Positions 41,492-54,580 of a stretch of 64,000 nucleotides of DNA are shown piece after piece. The notes beneath the pieces were generated by a model that was given only the letters and a program-made list of their open reading frames with translations, did no database searches and had not been told where the DNA came from. The number at the start of each line of letters is the position of its first letter. The first letter of the stretch is position 1. The stretch is from contig OZ024743.1 of NCBI GenBank assembly GCA_964016885.1, positions 166,532,001 to 166,596,000 on the forward strand. Direction: 5' to 3'. The DNA is from Eledone cirrhosa. Its lineage: Eukaryota. Both the position numbers and the translations under genes were made by a program.

Positions 41492-42880
41492 AAGGGTCAA
41501 ACTAGATGAGATGCAGTTTGGTTTTGTGCCTGGGAAGAGTACAACAGATGCCCTCTTCTTGGTGAGACAAATGCAAGAGAGGTTCTTAGAGAAGAATAAG
41601 CCACTATACTTAGCCTTTGTTGACCTAGAGAAGGCCTTTGATAGGGTACCCCGATCTGTCATCTGGTGGTCCCTAAGGAAGCTAGGTGTTGAGGAATGGC
41701 TTGTGAGGACAGTGCAAACTTTGTACAGAGGTACTCTCAGTAAAGTCAGGGTAGGAATGGAGTTTAGTGAGGAATTCCAGATACAAGTAGGAGTACATCA
41801 GGGTTCGGTCCTCAGCCCGCTCTTGTTCATTATAGTCCTCCAAGCCATAACAGAGGAGTTTAAGACTGGCTGTCCATGGGAACTTCTCTATGCTAACGAT
41901 CTGGCTCTTATAGCAGAATCAGTAGAGGAGCTAGAGAATAAATTCCGGCTATGGAAACAGCAGTTGGAAGCAAGAGGACTGAGAGTAAATCTAGCTAAGA
42001 CAAAAGTGTTGATGAGTAGAAAGGAGGACAAAACCCTGATTCCGTCAGGGAAATGGCCATGTTCGATATGCAGAAAAGGAACTGGCATAAATTCTATAAA
42101 ATGCACACAATGCAGGTCCTGGGTACACAAGAGATGTAGCGGGATAGCAGGCAAACTAACAGGTAGGGAGAAATATGTATGCAGTAGATGTACAGGGAAA
42201 TTAGACAGTAGAAGTCGCACTGATAGACACATTTTTCAAATGCGAGAGGGCGCTATAGAAGTGGTGGATAGCTTCCGGTACCTAGGAGATCAGATTAGCA
42301 TGGGAGGAGGGTGTTCCGAGGCCATAGTATCTAGAATAAGGACGGGTTGGAAGAAGTTTAGGGAGCTGCTTCCTGTTGACGAAGAAGGGTTTCTCCCTGC
42401 GTACGAAAGGCCGGTTGTATGATGCCTGTGTGAGGAGCGCGATGCTGCATGGTAGTGAGACATGGGCAGCAACCGCAGAGGATATGCGACGGCTGGAGAG
42501 AAATGAGGCAAGCATGCTCCGTTGGATGTGCAGTGTAAATGTGCGTGAACGACCCAGCATAAATGTGTTGAGAGAGAAACTATGTCTGAGAGGGATAGAA
42601 TGTAGTGTACGGGAGAGGAGACTGAGGTGGTATGGACATGTGATGCGCATGGAGGATGACCGATGGGTGAAGAAGTGCCAGGAAATGCCAGTTGAAGGAA
42701 GACGTGGTAGAGGTAGACCACGAAAAACATGGGCGGAGGTGGTGAGAACAGACCTCAGATCATTGAAGCTCACGGTGGAGATGACGAGGGACCGTGACGA
42801 GTGGAGAGATGCTGTGCTGAATAAGACCCGTCCCACCCTTGCAAGTAGGGAAAAGCGGACGTAAAATGATGATGATGATG
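41492..42880 (+). mobile_element. Young 5'-truncated RTE LINE (RT, PHD-like finger, C-terminus, (gat)n tail)
   Basis: 303-aa + 162-aa ORFs separated by one 2-nt deletion; YAND in place of YADD. Confidence 0.93.
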
Positions 42881-43189
42881 ATATATATACATCGTCATCC
42901 TTTAACGTCCACCTTCCACGCCAGCATGGTTTGGACTGTTTTGTCCTAATTGAGGAATGATTGGTCGGGAGACCGTGTCTCGTATTTACAGAACTGTTTC
43001 TGGCAGGTTTTCTACGGCTGGAAGCCCTTCCTAACACCAATCACATTTACAGTGTGGACTGGGAGACTTTTTACCGTGTCTCCTAAACGACCACTTTACA
43101 GTGGACGGAAATGGGAGGATGGAGTAGGGCGTGTGGGGTGGGGTGTACATTGGGGTTAAGAGGTGCCTACTGACTAGGTTTAAGTTTGT

Positions 43190-45065
43190 ATGCAAGAGAA
43201 GGCGGGTCTTCTCTACAACTGCATAATGCCAAAGATCCCGATCCAGTGACATTGTCTTAGATTGTAAGTGAGCAAGGTCAGTTTTTATCACCTCATCCCA
43301 GGTTTTTCTTATTCTACCCACTCCGTAGCTTTCATCAATTTTGATCGCCTTGCACTTTTTTATACAGCTGTTGTCCTTCATATGTATCACATGTCCATAC
43401 CAACGCAATCTCCTCTCCTGCACACAACATTTGATACCTCTTATGCTCAGTCTCTCTCTCAATTCATTTATGCTTTGTTGTTCGTGTAAATTACTATTAC
43501 ACATCAATCGGAGCATACAAACTTCACTTCTTTCTAATCTACACAAGTCTTCTGCACACAACACCCAGGTTTCACTAACATTTTATATTGCCGTTCGAAT
43601 ACAAGCATCAAACTATCTGCCTTTCATTTTTAGAGAAAAACCCTTTGTGGCTAACAGCGGTATTAGCTCACTGAAGTTTTTCCATCCCGTTCTAACTCTG
43701 GATACTGTACTTTAAGAGCACCCTCCTGCACTGCTGATTTTATTACGCAGGTAACAGAAAGTGTCCACTATTTCTATAGAACCATCTGGGCAATAGAAGG
43801 AGCTAGTATCCAGTGGGCCCTTGCTACTTACTGCACATGAGTAACAGCCACATATACAATCTATGTTCTTAGATAGCTTACCTGTGATCCCACTACATCT
43901 TTTATGAACCCATAGTTTGGATTTGGGGCATAGAATGGAATTTCTACCTACTCCCTTACACATTGAGCATGGCCATTTCCCTGAGGGCACCTGTGCCCTA
44001 TTCTCCTCTCTACATACTAGAACTTTAGTCTGAGACAAGTTATATAAGACCTTTTGATTCTAGACCATGCTTCCATGTTTGGAATTTCTTCTCTAGTTCA
44101 GCCATCGATTCAGCTATGAGCGTTAGATCATCTACATAGAGAAGTTGCCATGGCCAGCCAGTCTTGAACTCCTCTGTTATAGCCTGAAGGGCAATAATAA
44201 ATAGGAGGGGGTTAAGGACAGAGCCCTGATGAACACCAACTTTTAATTAAAATTCTTCACTATATTTGTTGTTAATTCTAACCTTGCTGACTGTTTCTTT
44301 ATACATGGCTTGTATAGCTCTCACAAGCCAGTCATCAACCCTTAGTTTTCTAAGGGCCCACCAGATAATGGCGCAGGGGACTGTCAAATGCTTTCTCTAA
44401 ATCAACAAAAGCTAAGTACTTCTCGTGTAGTTGCCGTACAAGGAAAAGAGCATCCGTGGTACTTTTACCTGACACAAACCCAAAGTGTATTTCATCTAGA
44501 TCAATTCTGTCTCTAATCAATTGAGTAATAACTCTTTCTGTGACCTTCATGAGCTGGTCAACCATTTTAATGCCTGTATAGTTTCCTCTATCTAGGGTAT
44601 CTCCTTTGCCCTTGTAACAGTTGACGATGAAGCTGCTACGCCAGTCATTTGGTATGACCCCATTCTGTATTACTTGGTTAACTATCCAGGTGACCACAGT
44701 ATGTTCCACCATCCCAGATGCTTTCAAGATTTCAGCAACTATCCATGAAGGCCCAGCTGCCTTACCTGTCTTCATATCTTTGATTGCCTTACTTACTATA
44801 CTACCATTAGCTTGCACAGCTTGTCTTGCTGTTGGATCAATTTGGAGCAGACTTTCTTTATTCTATTCATCTTCCTCAGTTAGTAGTCTCTCGTAGTGAC
44901 ACTTCCAAGCTACCATCGTCATTACGGACACACTTCTCCCCGACATTATCACAATTATCCTTGACACATTGTCTCGCAATCCCGAAAACCTCACACGTAG
45001 AACATGCTTGAACTTTCTATCTTCTGCCTCCCTTTCTGCAAAATATACTTGTCGCCTAGCCATCC
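43190..45065 (-). mobile_element. Degenerate RTE LINE
   Basis: ORFs 44350-44817, 43712-44038 and 43031-43564 carry RT and C-terminal motifs. Confidence 0.88.
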
Positions 45066-45094
45066 AATATATATATATATATATATACATATAC

Positions 45095-45872
45095 ATACAA
45101 TGTAGGTCCTGGGTACACAAGAGATGTAGCGGGATAGCAGGCAAACTAACAGGTAGGGAGAACTATGTATGCAGTAGATGTACAGGGAAATTAGACAGTA
45201 GAAGTCGCACTCATAGACACATTTTTCAAATGCGAGAGGGCGCTATAGAAGTGGTGGATAGCTTCCGGTACCTAGGAGATCAGATTAGCATGGGAGGAGG
45301 GTGTTCCGAGGCCATAGTATCTAGAATAATGACGGGTTGGAAGAAGTTTAGGGAGCTGCTTCCTCTGTTGACGAAGAAGGGTTTCTCCCTGCGTACGAAA
45401 GGCCGGTTGTATGATGCCTGTGTGAGGAGCGCGATGCTGCATGGTAGTGAGACATGGGCAGCTACCGCAGAAGATATGCGACGGCTGGAGAGAAATGAGG
45501 CAAGCATGCTCCGTTGGATGTGCAGTGTAAATGTGCGTGAACGACCCAGCATAAATGTGTTGAGAGAGAAACTGTGTCTGAGAGGGATAGAATGTAGTGT
45601 ACGGGAGAGGAGACTGAGGTGGTATGGACATGTGATGCGCATGGAGGATGACCGATGGGTGAAGAAGTGCCAGGAAATGCCAGTTGAAGGAAGACGTGGT
45701 AGAGGTAGACCACGAAAAACATGGGCGGAGGTGGTGAGAACAGACCTCAGATCATTGAAGCTCACGGTGGAGATGACGAGGGACCGTGACGAGTGGAGAG
45801 ATGCTGTGCTGAATAAGACCCGTCCCACCCTTGCAAGCAGGGAAAAGCGGACGTAAAATGATGATGATGATG
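45095..45872 (+). mobile_element. Young RTE 3' fragment, nearly identical to 42105-42880
   Basis: Open frame to the stop ..LASREKRT*, then (gat)n. Confidence 0.93.
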
Positions 45873-45875
45873 ATA

Positions 45876-46742
45876 CACACAGTTGGAATCAAGAGGACTG
45901 AGAGTGAACCTAGCTAAGACTAAAGTGTTGATAAGTAGGAAAGAGGACAATACTCAGATTCCATCAGGGAAATGGCCATTTTCGATATGTAGAATAGGAG
46001 TTGGCATAAATTCTATAGTATATACACAATGCAGATCATGGGTACACAAGAGGTGTAGTGGGATAGCAGGCAAACTAACAGGAAGGGAAAACTATATATG
46101 CAGTAGATGTTCAGGGAAATTTGATAGTAGAAGTGGCAATGATAGACACATTTATCAAATGTAGGTAGCATCTATAGAGGTGGTTGACAGCTTCTGATAC
46201 CTAGGTGATCATAGCAAGGAGGAGGGTGCTCCGAGGCCATAGTAGTTAGAAAAAGTTCAGGAAGCTGCTTCCTGTTCACAAAGGCCGGTTATATGATGCC
46301 TGTGTGAGATGCACGATGCTGCATGGCGGTGAGACATGGGCGGCAACTGCGGAGGATATGCGACGGCTAGAGAGAAATGAAGAAAGTATGCTCCGATGGA
46401 TGTGTAATGTCAGTGTGTGTGAACGACCAAGCATAGACGAGTTGAGAGTGAAACTGTGTATAAGAGGGATAAGCTGTAGTGTGCGGGAGAGAAGACTGCG
46501 TTGGTATGGCCATGTGATGCGCATGGAAGATGACCGCTGGGTGAAGAAGTGCCAAGAAATCCCAGTGGAGGGAAGACGCAGTAGAGGAAGACCACGAAAA
46601 ACACGGGCGCAGGTGGTGAGAGCTGACCTCAGATTGCTGAAGCTCACAGAGGCGATGACGAATGGAGAGATGCTGTGCTGAAAAAGACTCACCCCACCCT
46701 TGCAAGCAAGGAAAAGCGAACGCAAAATTATGGCGATGATGA

Positions 46743-46745
<3 letters not shown>
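45876..46745 (+). mobile_element. Older RTE 3' fragment
   Basis: ESRGLRVNLAKTK..RRLRWYGHV, with stops. Confidence 0.85.
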
Positions 46746-46773
<28 letters not shown>

Positions 46774-46779
46774 ACCGCC

Positions 46780-47140
46780 CGGCCCACACTCTAAAGTGGT
46801 CTTGTAGGCGTCACAACAAAAAGCACCCAGTTCACACTGCAAAGTAGTCGTGTAGGTGTCACGACAAAGGGCTCCCAGTTCACTGCAAAGTGGTCGTGTA
46901 GGTGTCACAACAAAGAGCACCCAGTCCACACTAAAGTGGTCATGTAGGTGTCACAGCAATGAGCACCCAGTACTCACTGTAAATGAGGTTGGCGTTAGGA
47001 AGGGCATCCAGCAGTAGAAATCAAGCCAGAATCAGTTCTGTGTGAGCAAGACATGGTCACCTGACCTGGCATTGCTCACAACAGGACAACTCGTTTAATC
47101 CATGCTAGCACGGAAAAATGGACATTAAACAGTGATGATG
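46780..47140 (+). repeat. RTE-tail SINE headed by about 4.5 tandem 43-45-bp units
   Basis: Repeat unit resembling cacactgcaaagtggtcgtgtaggtgtcacaacaaagagcacccagt. Confidence 0.8.
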
Positions 47141-48218
47141 ATATGTGTGTGTATATATATATAAGCTCCTACATGCTTCGACATTCATGCACAACCAACA
47201 GAACAGGCTTGATTCATTTCTGTCTAGTTTTTGCAAATCCTCTGCATTCATTGCCCATGACACACTATCATATAACATAACATTGTGCTTTGTATGCACG
47301 TTCCATACAACCTGATGTTCATGCAGAGAGAAATTTGCAGACAGACAGGGAAAAGAGGAACTGAGGAGTGCTGTCTTTCTGTTGTTACAGCTCACATGTA
47401 TGCAAGTTTAACTGACTTCTTACAAGGTTGTATCTCATACAATTCTCAGGTATTTTAATGATAGGAGCCACAGTACTATCAGTCTATCTCCTTAATGATG
47501 TTGGTGCAGAAAGTCCAAAGACTTTATTTACCAAGAGGCATCACTACCACAACAATCAGACAATGCTAATGTGAATCAACAATGGAGCATTTGTGGGGTC
47601 ACTCAATTTGCTTAATGCAGCAGACAATAAATTTCCCACTGCTTAACTTTGAAAAAGGAACCACATCCTGAAATCCTGTGTAACAGAAAAATAACCAAAT
47701 GGTTTTAAATGCTATATACATCTATTTAAAAAGAAGACCACAATAGGTAACCCTTTTCAAACAAACCCGGCCAAAAACAGTCTTGGGTTCTATGAAACAA
47801 AACCACCCATTTTAAAGGGTTACTATTTAAATTAAAACCTTACAACAATTTTACATTAACTCCTGTTCTACAACAGCTTTCTGAAGCACTTGTGCTTGAA
47901 TGCATAGATTCTTTGTTCTATGTTGGTTGTAAGAGTCCAGCTTCCACATCCATTCAGACAAATCAAGTTGTCAAACTGATGGAGTGGCTTTTCCATACGA
48001 CACAGTTTTGTCATGGTAGAAGAGGCCAGGCTAAGCACAATAAAGACAAGATTTAGACTTGAAGGTAGAGTGCCATAAACAATTAAAACATTCTGTTTTA
48101 AAGGAGGGTTAATGCCAAGAAACTGATTCTATGCATTTAGTCAACAATAACTGTATTTCGTGAAATAGAGGCTTGAAAAACACAAAAACAAACAAAGATG
48201 CAGAAATTTCATGCTTAC

Positions 48219-48297
48219 GTCATGTCTTCTAACAAATTTCCTTCATTCACAACTGTTCCATCAACGGAGATTTTAAAAGTATTATCAGGATTGACAA
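48219..48297 (-). CDS. CANX: Calnexin exon: (I)VNPDNTFKISVDGTVVNEGNLLEDM(T)
   Basis: cacag/gtaagc; 79 nt; phases 1 and 2 fit the neighbouring exons. Confidence 0.96.
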
Positions 48298-49621
48298 CTG
48301 TGAAGAAATATTTTAGATATGAACTACTGTTAAGTTATCATTTATGATTCAGGTAACATTTTAAAGATTTGCATATACAAATACAATGGCAGATTGAGTG
48401 AGGATGTAGCCAGGTGCCACACAATATTTAAAGAGCCTAAAGATTAACTTTTTGATATCATAAATAATACGTAAATATAATAAATCAATTTGATGCAATG
48501 GACCTGATGAAATTTTCAGTCCACCTTACTGAAAATATAAAAAAATTATTTTACACTAACAAATATAAACATGCCTAGAAACAAACATTTAGAGTAGAGA
48601 GCCTTGTTCAGTAGTGAGAAAAAGTCTGTCCTAATTGTACAACACTTCCATTATGAATCTAGCCAAAACTGCCACTAGTTCTATAAAAGAAAACCACTCA
48701 CTTTCAAGTGTTCCTATTTATATTAAAATCTTCCAACATGATTTTATATAAAAACCATATATTACCTTGGTAATGGAATAATAAATAATTTTAGTAAATC
48801 CCTCCAAATTCTTCATTAATTAATTAAAAATGATTTTATTTCATTAAAAATATGGTTACAAAAGGGTTAAATAGAATTGCTATACAGCTTGAATTGGGAT
48901 GGCTTAGTTTTGAGGAAGGCTATTGTTTATGTATGTCAGTGGAGAAGGATTAGGGTTCCTGACCTACTCAAACTGTCCTAGACTGGGAAAACTGATGTGG
49001 TGGATTCGATGGTCAGTTTGAAATTCAGATCACTGAGATAAGAAAAACGTAAGCAGGGAGGGAAGTCCAGAAGAATTGTTGAATAAAGTGATTAGTGTGG
49101 GAGGTGTTTGTTGGTATTTCAGATGGGGAAGAGCAACACCCATGAACAATTTCAGGGCATTTATGATTGGGAGTAAATTATCCTCAAACAAGAAACCTGG
49201 CCTAAATACTTGCAACAGAGTGATTTCTACTAAAGGTACCAAGAGGCCAGGTGATGGTGTTAAAACAGGCAACGTTTACCACTCAAGTAGACCATAGTAG
49301 GATTTGAACTCAGAATACAAAGGACCAGAGCAAGTAATCACAAGGTTTGACACATTAACAATTCTGCCAACCTAACATTTTATTTTATTGACTTTGAAAG
49401 GATGAAAGGCCATGTTGAGCTTGCCTGGATTTGAAATCAGAGTACAAAAGGGGGAAAAAAAAAAAAAGAAAAAAAAATTCACAGCTCAGGTTTAGCTGGC
49501 CTCCTACAAGGTTGCATATCATAGAAGGTTTCTTGGTATTTTAGTGCAGCTGCTACTAAACAAATTTAGAGAGTATTACATGAATAAACACTAAAATAAA
49601 TGAAGATTAAATTAAACTTAC

Positions 49622-49697
49622 TAAGTTGATATAAATGTGTTTTTTTATCAGTAAAGTAACTTTCAATACTTCCTGTAGGCTTTTTGGCATGTTTTTC
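49622..49697 (-). CDS. CANX: Calnexin exon: EKHAKKPTGSIESYFTDKKTHLYQL
   Basis: tttcag/gtaagt; 76 nt; DKKTHLY motif. Confidence 0.96.
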
Positions 49698-50219
49698 CTG
49701 AAAGAAGAAAATTAATAGTAAGAATTTATCAAGTCATACATAAATATAATGAAGATGTCTAGGTTCTATATCGACATACATTATTGAAATGGTTACTACT
49801 AAATACCACTGGAAATCAGGAGATAGTACAGACATTAGTTAAGATGTTACTACTAACATAAAAGTCAAGCTCAGGAGTTAGTACATATATGATTATGATC
49901 ACCATACAAGAGAAGATCAGGAAACAGTGCATACATCAGTTATGACATCCCTATTGCTACCCAAGACTCAATCCTATTATGACACACCTCTGTAGCTATC
50001 CTCTGATGTTGCTTATATATCTTTTTTTACTTCACAAAGTTTGTATCATAAATTTAAATAATACAGTGACAAATGTGAAATAAGACAGAAACAAAGTAGA
50101 GATCAAACTGTGTCTGTTGTATCTTCAACAAATTCTCATCAAATTTAGCATATGTAAACAAGCTCTACTATCTCTTAAGCTCCACTGGTATGGTAATAGT
50201 AACTACTTTAAATATTGCA

Positions 50220-51435
50220 TTTATGTACAAGAGGTTTGCTAATGTACTATGGCATGAGGATCAACAGCATGACATGTTCTGCATTGTAAAGCAATGTATC
50301 ATTGTGAATCAGAATGTTGTTGGGGAGAAGTGTGTTCGGAATGACACAGATACACTTAGTCTCACCGACGCTCAAAATAAAAAAGACCTTGAAAGGCTAC
50401 TATGAAAGGTTGATGAATGTGGAGAATGAGTGGAAAGATTAGCAACTGCCTCCAATTGACTCAGCAGAGGGACTATCAAAGTAGACAGTTATAGGATCAA
50501 AGAAGTAATCAAGGAGATGAAAAAAATGGTAAAGCTGGAAGGTTATGAATGTTTAACAAGCGATTAACAAAAAGCAAAACTGCAAGATTTGTTCTGTTCA
50601 ATACGACAAAAACAACCCTATTTAAACATAAATAAATAACAAAAAATACAGATTTCGGATTTTGCGAGATTGGATGTTTGGACTAGGTACGAAATTGAAG
50701 CGTGGAGTAGATAGAAAAATGTGTACATTACGATTACATGGGTACACCGTAGTAGGAATAATTGAAGCAGCAATGAATTGGCGAAAAGTGAATAAACATG
50801 AAGGGGAATTTATCTTATATATATATATATATATATATATGTAGCTAAGAGAGAGAGAGAGAGGGGAAGGGAGAGAGAGAGAGTGGACTATCAGAGATAG
50901 TCACTGAGGTGCTGAAATCATTTGGGTAAATAAGTCAATCTAATCACCTACTTAATCAATCAGTTAATTCATTATGGGGTCATATCCCTTGATGGGTGTA
51001 GCAGTATAATCATTAATTGTTACAAGGGAAAGCTAATGCTCAAGAAAGGAGCAACTACAGAGGCATAAAATTGATGGATCAAGTTATGAACGTGGTAGAA
51101 AGAGTGTTAGCACAACTAATTAGGGTAGAGTCAAAATAGATGATGCAGTTTAGCTTTGTGCCAGGAAGGAGCACCATAGATGTAACCTTGGACAACTACA
51201 AGAGAATTTCCTAGCTAAGTGTAAGCCATTATACCTAGCTCTTGTAGATTTGGAAAAGGCCTCACAGAGTACCAAGATCTGTTATGTGGTGGTTCTGAAG
51301 AAAATAGCTTGTAAGAGCAGTGCAAACCACGTACAAAGGTGCTGTCAGTAAAGAGACAGTAGGTAATGAATTTAGTGAGGAATTCAAACTACAGGTAGAT
51401 GTTCATCAAGGCTCAGTCATCATCCTCTTCCTGTA
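50220..51435 (+). mobile_element. Degenerate RTE fragment with an unrelated insertion at about 50545-50880
   Basis: VVGEKCVRND, then decayed RT sequence. Confidence 0.75.
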
Positions 51436-51610
51436 AGGTATGTATGTACTATCTATTGATTTTCAGTGGTATGGTAGTAATAGCAATAGGGGTGTGTCAT
51501 AGTAGGAGTGCATGATGTATATAAACTGAGATGTGTTATGGTATGAGTAAAACAGACCAATATTTTGACTTAATATATAAAGCATATTAATAGTAATTAA
51601 ATTTACTTAC

Positions 51611-51658
51611 TGTGATTTCTCCAGTTTTAGGATTTTTGTGTCTAAAAATGAAATGAAG
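51611..51658 (-). CDS. CANX: Calnexin exon: LHFIFRHKNPKTGEIT
   Basis: tttcag/gtaagt; 48 nt; LHFIFRHKNP motif. Confidence 0.96.
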
Positions 51659-51974
51659 CTGAAAAAAAAAAAAATCACTTTTTGATTAATGTTTAATTTT
51701 GACACCAATGTTTAGTTAAAGAGACAGTAATAAATTTTAAAGTAAGCAAATAAAGCCAATTTACTAAGAGGATAACTAGAGCAACCTCAACCATTAGACA
51801 GTTGCTTAACCAACTAGAAATAGCATCTAAATCTCCCTCAAATCACTACCTTTTTAAGAAAAAGGACACAATGAACAATTTAATCCCTGATTAAATCACC
51901 TAGTTAAAGGAAGCTGTCAATTTTTCTTAGGGAGTTATGAGAACATTTGATAGAGCCTGTTTCATGTAAGCTCT

Positions 51975-53385
51975 AGCTGCTTACCGCTCCAGTGCATCTG
52001 CCACATACAAAGCCTACATTCTTTGTTAGCTTCCCTGTGATTCAGCTACATCTAAATACCCATAATTTACATTTTGTACACTATATAGAATTTCTACAAA
52101 TTCCTTTTTTGCAAACTGAGCCTGGCCATTTCCCTGATGGAGTCAGGGACCTGTCATCTTTCTTACTAGTCTTTGCTAAGTTGACTTTGAGACCTTTTAA
52201 TTCCAGATTTTGGAATTTCTTCTCGAGTTCCTCTGAAGATTCAACTATGAGAACTAGGTCATTTTCATATGAGTTCCCATGGGCAGTTAACCTTAAACTC
52301 CTCTTTTATGGTCTAGAAGACTGGGATGATGGCTCCTACCTGAATTCTAAACTTGTCATTACACTCATTGTTAACTCTGACCCTGCTGACTGCACTTTTG
52401 CACATAGCTTGTACCACCTTAACAAGCTACTCATCTACCCTTAATTTCATAAGAGCCCAACAGATTTTGGAATGAGATACCCTGTCAAAAGCTTTCTTCA
52501 GATCGACGAATGCTAGTTACAGGGGCTTACTCTTGGCTAAATACTTTTCCTTCAGTTGTCTCACAAGGACGAGGGCACTGAAAGTCTGTCATATTTGCCC
52601 TTGTAACAGTTAATAATGATGTTACACCAATCATTTGGTATGATACCATCATGTATTATCCAATGCATGGTCAAAGTTTGGCTCACCATCCCAGGTGCTT
52701 TCAGCATATCAGCAACCATTCCTGATGGCCCAGCTGCTTTGCCTGTCTTCATATCCTTGATTGACGTACTTACTATACTGCTGCTAACTTGGATGGGTGG
52801 TCCCTCTATGAGGTTTATCTGGGTAGGCCTTCCCACTCTCATACTTTCCTCATTCAATGGTCTCTTATAATGGCTCTTCCATGCTTCTTTCCTTTCCACA
52901 TCAGTGAGGGCACGTGCACCACTGAAATTTTGAATGCATTTCTCTCCAATGACATCTTGATTTTCTATAACACACTGCCCTACGATCCAAAACACCTCTC
53001 ACTTTTGGTCCTTAGTGTAGGACATGTGCAAACTTCTAACATCCCACCAGCATGTTACCCACCATCTTTTCGGGGCCTTGCTCATACGACAGACAAGATC
53101 TATGGCCTTCAGCAGATTAACTCTCAGGAACCCCCACAGCTCTTCTATGTTGGGAGTCTCTAATTCCTCTTCCTTACTGTTATAAGTATCAAGCAGGGCA
53201 TTCCTGAATTTGTCACTGACTGAAGGCTCTTTCATCTTCCATGTCCTCTTTCAAATTGCATTCTGTTTCTAAGTTCATTTATCTAATTATAAGGTTATAT
53301 TGCAAGGTGCACTCCTCAGCAGGGAATGATTTTGTGTTTGCCTAACTTATAAGTAATCAAGTGGGTGGCTGGTTTTCTGAAGTAA
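51975..53385 (-). mobile_element. Degenerate RTE fragment
   Basis: IKDMKTGKAAGPSG, NCYKGK. Confidence 0.8.
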
Positions 53386-53416
53386 GGGGAGAGGGGAAAA
53401 TGTAATTTCGGCTCAC

Positions 53417-53485
53417 CTTGTAATCTAAACCACACTTGTCTGGACCAAACATAATTGTATATGGTGTTTTATCATAAAAATGTAA
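53417..53485 (-). CDS. CANX: Calnexin exon: [23 protein letters not shown]
   Basis: Signature IMFGPDKCG; tttcag/gtgagc; 69 nt, phase 0. Confidence 0.97.
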
Positions 53486-54295
53486 CTGAAATAAAAGAAA
53501 ATTAAATAGATTTCAAAATTAAAATGGAAATGACTGTAATTATAAAAAGAAATAAATGGTTTTAAAACGGGAAAATGGGGTCCGTATGAAAAATGTTTTG
53601 TTTTTTTTCCATAATTAATCAACAAAGCAAATATAAGGTATTCTGATTGACAATGTCAACTGCACCATACTAAATGTCAGGCATAACAAATAACAATACA
53701 ACAAGCATTTTAACCCTTTAGCATTCACATTAATTTGTCAAATGTCATGCTTATCTATTCACATTATTTTGAGTTAATCATACTCAAGAAGGTTATCAAT
53801 TTTATTTGTTTGTAATTTTCTTAATTTTCTATGTGCAGGCTTGAAATTTTGTCAGTAGATGTTAAAATATCAATAATTTACAATTATATATTTTTACCTG
53901 ATTTCTTTTGTTAAATTTGACTTTTATGGTGAAATTAATTAATGAGTGTAAAAGTAATGACTTTATGGATAAACACAAAAATTAAAACTTTATCTGCCTT
54001 ACCTGTTAGATTTGTTACAAAAAATATCCAACAATGACCTAGATATCGACTTTAGCACTTTTCCGAACAGGTGAATTAATTTAAAATGCAGGTATAATCA
54101 GTACAAGGTTTTATTTAGTCTTTCTCTACATTCCATGCAAATATTTTCATTGAAAAAATTGTATAAAACCCTTTCACCAGTCAAAATAATATTGGCAATG
54201 TACTGAGTAGATTTATATAACAGAATGTGCCCATATATAAGTTCATTAACAGGTGTGATGCAGTGTGAGACAGTGAATGCAGGTGTTTTTGTATA

Positions 54296-54484
54296 TAATT
54301 GTTTCTACTTTAGGCACAAGGCCAGCAATTATCCAGTGCATTACTGGTACTTTATTTTATCGACCCCGTAAGGATGAAAGGCAAAGTCAACCTCGGCGGG
54401 ATTTGAACTCAGATCGTAAAGGGACGTAACTATGCTGGAAAGCATGGCGTCCGACCCTCTACCGATACTGCCAATCCACCGCCC
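54296..54484 (-). mobile_element. tRNA-derived SINE (Meta-domain-like core) with about 15-bp TSD; other copies near 19780 and 29795
   Basis: A/B boxes tggcagtatcggtaga / gagttcaaatccc; TSD tgtttttgtatataa. Confidence 0.82.
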
Positions 54485-54580
54485 TGTTTTTGTATATAAT
54501 GTGTTCCAATATATTTTTTAAAATATTGTCAGACAATATCTCTATCGTGATTGGCCAAAACAGCCTTTACATAATGAGAC

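Noticed and set aside
42282-43040. 252-aa minus-strand ORF
   Set aside because: Antisense shadow of the RTE C-terminal ORF running into a SINE
46780-46985. Regularly spaced repeats resembling a CRISPR array
   Set aside because: Contiguous tandem units with no unique spacers, inside a eukaryotic SINE, and no cas genes
48500-48522. ggac-ctgatgaaattttca-gtcc, hammerhead-like
   Set aside because: No stem II; cannot form the catalytic core
54400-54484. tRNA gene
   Set aside because: A/B boxes belong to a SINE head with body and TSD; no full cloverleaf
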